A stretch of DNA of 64,000 nucleotides from an uncultured Gemmatimonadales bacterium. GTDB taxonomy: Bacteria; Gemmatimonadota; Gemmatimonadetes; Longimicrobiales; RSA9. The position numbers and the translations under genes were made by a program. Within the stretch, counting starts at the first letter, position 1. The number at the start of each line of letters is the position of its first letter. Shown here one piece after another: positions 57,825 to 64,000 of the stretch. Location of the stretch: NCBI GenBank assembly GCA_963798845.1, contig CAWCUS010000006.1, positions 608,001 to 672,000 of the forward strand, given 5' to 3'. The notes under the pieces are model-generated. The model saw nothing but the letters and a program-made list of their open reading frames with translations. It was not told the origin of the DNA and did not search any database.

Positions 57825-60449
57825 TCAGTGCAGCCCTGGCTCCGTCGTGGAACGGGGCTCGTGCACGAGCGCGCCCTCCGCGAAGGTGAGCGTTCCGTCC
57901 TGGAGACGCGCCCCGCGGAGTGCCAGCGCCAGGACCTCGCCGAGGTCTTCCGCGAAGTGGAACTCGATCTGGTCGCGGGCTTCGACCGGCAGGTCGTCCA
58001 CGTCCGGCTCGTTGTCCCGCGGCAGGATCACGGTTCGTATGCCGGCGCGGAACGCGCCCAGCACCTTCTCCTTCACGCCGCCGATGGGCAGCACGCGCCC
58101 GGTGAGCGTGATCTCCCCCGTCATGGCGACATCGTTGCGCACGGGGCGCGCGGACAGTGCCGAGACCACGGACGTGGCCATGGCCACACCGGCCGAGGGC
58201 CCGTCCTTCGGCACCGCCCCTGCCGGCACGTGGATGTGGAGCTCCGTGTCGCGCAGCTGCTCGGCCGAGATCCCGAGTCGGTCGGCGTGCGTCTTCGCGT
58301 AGGTGAGCGCCGCCCGAGCCGACTCCTTCATGACGTCCCCCAGCTGGCCCGTCAGGATCAGCTTGTCCTTCCCCCGCGAGGCGCTGGTCTCCACGAACAT
58401 GATGTCACCGCCCATGGGCGTGTAGTACATCCCGGTGGCCACGCCGACGGTATCCACCGTCGCGGCCTCCTCCGGGTGCACCCGCGGCCGGCCGAGGAGC
58501 GGCTGGATGTCCTCCGTGTCGAGATGGACCACCCCGCTCTCCCCTCCAGCGATGCGACGCGCGGCCTTGCGCGCCAGCTTCCCCAGCTCGCGCTCCAGCT
58601 GGCGCACGCCCGCCTCCCGCGTGTATTCGCTGATCACGCGCAGGATGGTGTCATCCGTGACCTCGAGCTTGTCCTCGTCCAGCCCGTTCTCGTCGCGCTG
58701 CCGCGGCAGCAGGTAGCGCTTCGCGATCTCCAGCTTCTCCCGCTCCGTGTACCCGCTGAAGTCCACGAGCTCCATCCGGTCCTGGAGCGGCGCCGGAATC
58801 CGGTCCTGGTAGTTCGCCGTGGCGATGAACAGCACTTCGGAGAGGTCGAATGGCATTCCCAGGTAGTGGTCCACGAACTGGAAGTTCTGCGCGGGGTCGA
58901 GGACCTCGAGCAGCGCCGCCGACGGATCGCCCTGGAGCGAGACGCCGAGCTTGTCCACCTCGTCCAGCAGGAACACGGGGTTCTTCGTCCCCGACTGCTT
59001 CAGCCCCTGGATGATGCGGCCCGGCATGGCGCCCACGTACGTCCGCCTGTGCCCGCGGATGTCCGCTTCGTCTCGCGCGCCGCCCAGGGCGATGCGGACG
59101 TACTTCCGGCCGAGCGCCCGGGCGATGGACTTGGCGATGGACGTCTTGCCCACGCCGGGAGGCCCCACGAAGAGCAGGATCGGACCCTTGCCCACCGCAC
59201 GTGACCGCGCCTTCTCCGGGTCCTCGGGCGCTTCCTCCTCGATCGACGACTTCCGCTCCCTGTTCGGCGCGGGGATCTCTCCGCCCTCGACCGCCCCCGT
59301 GCTGGCCACTGCCGGCGCGTCGACGGATTCCATACCGGGATCCGGCGCAGCCTCGGCCTCGGCCGCCGCCTCTTCCTCCTCGGCGTCCTGTTCCGCTTCC
59401 TGCGCTTCCCGCTCCGCGCGCTCCATCTGAAGCTTCCGCACCGCCAGGAACTCGATGACCCGGTCCTTCACATCCTCCAGCCCGTAGTGGTCCTCGTCCA
59501 GGATGCGCTCCGCCCGGTCCAGGACGATGGCGTCCTCGGTCCGGTTGTTCCACGGCAGCTCCGTCACCCAGTCCAGATACGTGCGGATCACCTGGTACTC
59601 CGCCGACTGCGGGTGCGTGCGACGGAGACGGTTCAACTCCCGGTCTGCCTCCTGCCTGGCCGCTTCCGGCAGATCCAGCGCGTCCAGCTTCTGGCGCAGC
59701 TCCTCCGCCTCGTTCTCCGCGTCCTCTTCCCCCAGCTCCTTCTGGATCGCCTTCAGCTGCTCGCGCAGCACCATCTCCCGCTGCTTCTCACCGAGCTCCT
59801 GCTGCACCCTCTGCTGGATCTCTTCCTGCGCTTCCAGTCGGACGAGATCGCGCTCCACCGAAAGGAGGACCTGCCGCATCCGGCTCTCCACAGGCAGCAT
59901 CTCGAGAAGCTCCTGCTTCTCAGTGGCCGGCACTTCCAGGTAGAACGCCACCATGTCTGCGAAGCGGCCGGGATCCTCGATCCCCTCCACCAGCTGCTGG
60001 AGCGCCTCGTCCGGGATCCCGCGACGGCGGCCCAGCTCCACCGAGCGGTCCCTGAGCTCGCGATCCAGCGCCTTGTAGGCGGGATCCTCGGGATTCCAGA
60101 CCGGCTGGTCCTCCACGACACGGACGACCGCCTCCAGTCCCCGCTCCCCTTCCGGCGCGGCCTCCAGGGAGCGAGCGCGCTGTTCGCCCTGGATCAGTAG
60201 CTGCAGCCCACCCCGGACACGCTGCGCCTGGACCACGCGCACGATCACCCCGAAGTCGTGCAGGATCTCAGGGGTCGGATCGTCCTCGTTCTCGCGCTGG
60301 CAGACCGCGAACATCCTGCGGTCCCCGTTCATCGCCTTCTGTATCGCCTCGACGGTACCGGGCCGACCCGCGCTGATCGGAACGGTCACGCCGGGAAAGA
60401 CCACCGTCTCGCGCAGTGGCAACACCGGCAACCTGATGCGATCACCCAT
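57825..60449 (-). CDS. lon: ATP-dependent protease La (Lon)
   Basis: LPVLPLRETVVFP, GPPGVGKTS, FLLDEVDK, PKDGPSAG, AMTGEITLTGRVLPIGGVKEK. Confidence 0.97.
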   Translation of the reverse strand: MGDRIRLPVLPLRETVVFPGVTVPISAGRPGTVEAIQKAMNGDRRMFAVCQRENEDDPTPEILHDFGVIVRVVQAQRVRGGLQLLIQGEQRARSLEAAPEGERGLEAVVRVVEDQPVWNPEDPAYKALDRELRDRSVELGRRRGIPDEALQQLVEGIEDPGRFADMVAFYLEVPATEKQELLEMLPVESRMRQVLLSVERDLVRLEAQEEIQQRVQQELGEKQREMVLREQLKAIQKELGEEDAENEAEELRQKLDALDLPEAARQEADRELNRLRRTHPQSAEYQVIRTYLDWVTELPWNNRTEDAIVLDRAERILDEDHYGLEDVKDRVIEFLAVRKLQMERAEREAQEAEQDAEEEEAAAEAEAAPDPGMESVDAPAVASTGAVEGGEIPAPNRERKSSIEEEAPEDPEKARSRAVGKGPILLFVGPPGVGKTSIAKSIARALGRKYVRIALGGARDEADIRGHRRTYVGAMPGRIIQGLKQSGTKNPVFLLDEVDKLGVSLQGDPSAALLEVLDPAQNFQFVDHYLGMPFDLSEVLFIATANYQDRIPAPLQDRMELVDFSGYTEREKLEIAKRYLLPRQRDENGLDEDKLEVTDDTILRVISEYTREAGVRQLERELGKLARKAARRIAGGESGVVHLDTEDIQPLLGRPRVHPEEAATVDTVGVATGMYYTPMGGDIMFVETSASRGKDKLILTGQLGDVMKESARAALTYAKTHADRLGISAEQLRDTELHIHVPAGAVPKDGPSAGVAMATSVVSALSARPVRNDVAMTGEITLTGRVLPIGGVKEKVLGAFRAGIRTVILPRDNEPDVDDLPVEARDQIEFHFAEDLGEVLALALRGARLQDGTLTFAEGALVHEPRSTTEPGLH

Positions 60450-60774
60450 TTCGTCTTCCTTCCCGCTGATTGCTCTCGCGAGCCCCCGCCACCGATCGTA
60501 CCGCGGATCCTCGCCTCACAACGCTTTCCCTGCCGTTTCGAACGGAGGGCGCGCCCACCGCCCCTATTAAAGCAGCATGCTTGCCAGCGAGCGGGCGGAC
60601 ACCGGTTCTTCCCGTCAGGACGCCCTTCGCCTCTCATGCTACCCGGAACACGGCCGTACGCTCCCGCTGTCCGCCGCCCGCCTAATTGGCGCCCGAGCGA
60701 AGGCCTCTGCCGCTATGACAGCGGGGTGGCTTGTAGCGGGGCCGGCCACGCGGCACATTGGAGGCGGAGGAGCC

Positions 60775-61071
60775 ATGTCACGAGCTTTCGTCAATGAAGA
60801 TGCGCCCGATCCGCCGCGTCGGTTCGCGCTCCCACCGGTACAGGACGCCGGCTACAATGCCGCGGCCGCGTTCGCGATGCTGGAGGCGGCGAGGGACGGG
60901 CAAACGAAGAGCGCGGAGGATGCGACCGGCTACCGCTGGGGCGCGGCCCAGCTGCGGCCGCACGTGCAGCGGCTGCTGGAGAAGGAGCGCGAGCGCCCGA
61001 TCGCGGAGCAGGACGGGCGGCTGATGACGGTGGCCAGGCGCTTCCTGCGCGCCAGTCACCGGGAGCCTTGA
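60775..61071 (+). CDS. small hypothetical protein starting MSRAFVNED
   Basis: SD GGAGGAG; 98 aa, helical. Confidence 0.7.
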   Translation: MSRAFVNEDAPDPPRRFALPPVQDAGYNAAAAFAMLEAARDGQTKSAEDATGYRWGAAQLRPHVQRLLEKERERPIAEQDGRLMTVARRFLRASHREP

Positions 61072-61114
61072 CGGGCACGGGCGAGGACGTGCGCGTGACC
61101 GGAGCACGACCTTG

Positions 61115-61564
61115 GTGACGCGCGGAGTGGAAACGCCGCGGCTCTCCCGTCTCGGGCGGCAGGTCCTGTGGCTCCTCCTGATCCTCAGCTGGCTCGCGGC
61201 GGTGTGGTACATGTGGGACGCCATGACCACCGTGCCATCGCCGGAACGCCTGCAGCAGGAGCGGATGGTCTCCATCCCCTCCCCCCGGACGTTCATCACT
61301 GCGGTAGTGTTCAGCGCGATGGAGCTCGCGGTCGTACTCGCAGCCCTGTGGCCATGGTGGTCGTCGCTGTTCGCCACTCGCCTGGCCATCACGGACCTCG
61401 CGCTCGTGACGTGGTTCGTCATGACCACGCCCATGGACGTGAACCGGATGGACTGGGTGCACCGACGCTGGCTTGCGATGCTGGTCCTGACGATAGCGAC
61501 CGCCCTCGTCATCGTGCTGGTGTACCGCGCCGGTCGGCGGATCCTGCGGCGCAGATTCGACTGA
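61115..61564 (+). CDS. hypothetical 4-TM membrane protein
   Basis: Four hydrophobic segments and a basic C-terminus. Confidence 0.7.
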   Translation: MTRGVETPRLSRLGRQVLWLLLILSWLAAVWYMWDAMTTVPSPERLQQERMVSIPSPRTFITAVVFSAMELAVVLAALWPWWSSLFATRLAITDLALVTWFVMTTPMDVNRMDWVHRRWLAMLVLTIATALVIVLVYRAGRRILRRRFD

Positions 61565-61676
61565 GCGGCGATCGTTGGCCGCCGGGGGCCGCCTCGCAGC
61601 CGCGGATGGGCGCCGTTCGCGCTCCGGCCGGCCGCGGAGCTTCGTCCGTTCGGTCTGCAAGAGAGGGGGTCAGGCA

Positions 61677-62870
61677 GTGAATACTCGAGGCACAATCGGC
61701 ATCCTCACCGGCGGCGGCGACGTCCCGGGGCTGAACCCGGCGATCCGCGCCATCACGATCCGGGCGCTCCGGGAGAACTATCGGGTCCTCGGCATCCGAC
61801 GCGGGTGGGCCGGGCTGGTGGACCTGCTGCCGGAGAAGGAAGCCGACAACAGCGCCAGCGTACAGACCCTGACGGAAGACGTGGTAAACCGTGCCGGGCG
61901 TACGGGTGGCACGTTCCTGCATACTTCCCGAACGCGTCCGAGCCACCTCCCGCGAACGCTCGTGCCGGAGCACCTGCGGGCGGAGCTCACCGAGGAGGAG
62001 AACGACGCCACCCCGGTGGTCCTGCGCAACCTCGAGCGGCTCGGTGTGGACACCCTGATCGCCATCGGCGGCGACGACACGCTCAGCTACGCCCACCGGC
62101 TGCACCGAGAGGGCGTCCGGGTCGTGGCGATCCCGAAGACGATGGACAACGATGTGCCGGGAACCGACTACTGCATCGGCTTCAGCACGTGCGTGACCCG
62201 AACGATCGAGCTGACGCACCGGCTGCGCACGTCCGCCGGCTCCCACGAGCGCTTCCTCGTGATCGAGGTGTTCGGCCGGTACGCGGGATTCACGGCGCTC
62301 CTCCCGACCATGGCGGGCGCGGCGGACCGGTGCCTGATCCCCGAGCACCCGTTCGACATCGAGCAGCTCACGGAGCTGCTGGTGTACGACCGGAGCCGCC
62401 ACCCGTCCCGCTACTCGGTGGTGCTGGTGTCCGAGGGGGCGACGGTCCGGGGCGGTGTGATGCAGTTCGAGGGGCTGGAGGCCGACATGTTCGGGCACCG
62501 CAAGCTGGGCGGGATCGGCGACCTCGTCTCGGCCGAGCTGAAGGATCGCTCTGCGCGACACAACAACGGGCAGCGCGTGAACGTCGTGAACCAGCGCCTC
62601 GGCTACCTGGTGCGGAGCGGGGATCCCGACGCCGTGGACTCCATCGTCCCCATGGCGTTCGGCAACCTGGCGCTGGACCTGGTGCTGGCGGGGAAGTCGG
62701 GGCGGCTGGTGAGCATGCGGAACGGGGCCTACGACAACGTTCCGATCGACGTGGTCGTGGGCCGCAAGAAGGTGGTGGATGTGGACCGGCACTACAACAC
62801 GGAGCGACTCCGGCCCATCTACCAGGCGTTCAACCGGCAGCCGCTGTTCATCATGACCAGCGATGTTTGA
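61677..62870 (+). CDS. pfkA: 6-phosphofructokinase, probably PPi-dependent
   Basis: [46 protein letters not shown]. Confidence 0.92.
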   Translation: MNTRGTIGILTGGGDVPGLNPAIRAITIRALRENYRVLGIRRGWAGLVDLLPEKEADNSASVQTLTEDVVNRAGRTGGTFLHTSRTRPSHLPRTLVPEHLRAELTEEENDATPVVLRNLERLGVDTLIAIGGDDTLSYAHRLHREGVRVVAIPKTMDNDVPGTDYCIGFSTCVTRTIELTHRLRTSAGSHERFLVIEVFGRYAGFTALLPTMAGAADRCLIPEHPFDIEQLTELLVYDRSRHPSRYSVVLVSEGATVRGGVMQFEGLEADMFGHRKLGGIGDLVSAELKDRSARHNNGQRVNVVNQRLGYLVRSGDPDAVDSIVPMAFGNLALDLVLAGKSGRLVSMRNGAYDNVPIDVVVGRKKVVDVDRHYNTERLRPIYQAFNRQPLFIMTSDV

Positions 62871-62874
62871 CGGC

Positions 62875-63081
62875 GGGCTCGGCCTGCGGCCTCGCAGAGG
62901 GGCTCGGCCTGCGGCCTCGCAGAGGGGCTCGGCCTGCGGCCTCGCAGAGGGGCTCGGCCTTCGGCCTCGCAGAGGGGCTCGGGCCTTCGGCCTCGCAGAG
63001 GGGCTCGGCCTTCGGCCTCGCAGAGGGGGTCGGGGCTGCGGCCTCGCAGAGGGGGTCGGGCCTGCGGCCTCGCAGAGGGGG
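62875..63081. repeat. second array of the 25-26-bp repeat (core ctcgcagagggg x8)
   Basis: Cores at 62891, 62916, 62941, 62966, 62992, 63017, 63043 and 63069; linkers ggcc-tgc-ggcc / ggcc-ttc-ggcc. Confidence 0.95.
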
Positions 63082-63181
63082 CGGACTTGCCGCGGGTGGG
63101 GGGGGCGGGCCATCCTGGCGGGGACTGGCATGTGGCGCGAGGATGAACGGGTCGGGGCGCAAACGAGCTGAGGCGGGTCCG

Positions 63182-64000
63182 ATGGCAACACGCACGGCAG
63201 AGAAGGCGAGGACGGTCCGGGCACCGCGGGGCACGGAGATCTCCTGCAAGAGCTGGCAGCAGGAGGCTGCGCTGCGGATGCTCATGAACAACCTGGATCC
63301 CGAGGTGGCGGAGCGTCCGGAGGACCTCGTCGTCTACGGTGGCACGGGGCGGGCTGCCCGGAGCTGGGAGGCGTTCGACGCCATAGTCGCGACGCTCCGC
63401 GACCTGGAGAACGACGAAACGCTTCTGGTCCAGTCCGGGAAGCCGGTGGGCGTCTTCCGCACGCACACGCACGCGCCCCGGGTACTGATTGCGAACGCGA
63501 ACCTGGTGGGACGGTGGGCCACGTGGGACCATTTCCGGGAGCTCGAGCGGAAGGGGCTCATCATGTTCGGCCAGATGACGGCGGGCTCGTGGATCTACAT
63601 CGGCACCCAGGGCATCCTCCAGGGCACGTACGAGACGTTCGGCGCGGTGGCGCGCCAGCACTTCGGCGGAACGCTGAAGGGGAAGTGGGTCCTGACGGGC
63701 GGCATGGGAGGGATGGGCGGGGCTCAGCCGCTCGCGGCGACCATGAACGACGGTTCGATCCTGGTGGTGGAGGTGGACCCGAAGCGTCTCGAGCGGCGTC
63801 TGGACACGGGCTACTGCGACCGTATGACCCACGACCTCGACGAAGCGCTCGAGTGGGTCACGGGGGCGGCGAAGCGCGGAGAGGCGCTGAGCGTGGGGCT
63901 GGTCGGGAACTGCGCTGAGGTGCTGCCCGAGATCGCGCGCCGGGGCATGGTCCCGGACGTGCTCACGGACCAGACCAGCGCCCACGACGAGCTGAACGGG
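63182..64000 (+). CDS. hutU: urocanate hydratase (3' end runs off the window)
   Basis: Manual translation: [74 protein letters not shown]. Confidence 0.96.
   Translation, partial: MATRTAEKARTVRAPRGTEISCKSWQQEAALRMLMNNLDPEVAERPEDLVVYGGTGRAARSWEAFDAIVATLRDLENDETLLVQSGKPVGVFRTHTHAPRVLIANANLVGRWATWDHFRELERKGLIMFGQMTAGSWIYIGTQGILQGTYETFGAVARQHFGGTLKGKWVLTGGMGGMGGAQPLAATMNDGSILVVEVDPKRLERRLDTGYCDRMTHDLDEALEWVTGAAKRGEALSVGLVGNCAEVLPEIARRGMVPDVLTDQTSAHDELNG

Overview
Very GC-rich, gene-dense chromosomal segment with about 57 CDS. The HU insertion, the ECF/anti-sigma/DUF4097 cassette and the exported-protein repertoire suggest Gemmatimonadota (FCB group); this is inference, not a database result. I found no rRNA, tRNA, CRISPR array, transposase or integrase. 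Housekeeping genes include infC (AUA start), PBP1A, HU, mutY, lon, a PPi-type pfk, hutU (truncated) and aspA. Most interesting observations: (1) strong enrichment of the Bacteroidota O-glycosylation sequon D-S/T-[AILVMT] in exported proteins; (2) a divergent porin, an HAO-fold octaheme cytochrome and an internally duplicated 4-His membrane protein forming a possible redox module; (3) three +1 frameshifts (aspA, DUF1028, mutY), all at CATTC/GAATG regardless of coding strand, pointing to a DNA-level cause; (4) a 25-bp tandem mini-hairpin repeat present at two loci 50 kb apart, with compensatory stem changes; (5) a DEAD-box pseudo-helicase that keeps its DbpA domain; (6) an orphan Paa-like di-iron oxygenase operon with split PaaD and no reductase; (7) a cNMP-domain aspartase fusion. 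All calls come from motif recognition by eye; no searches were run.
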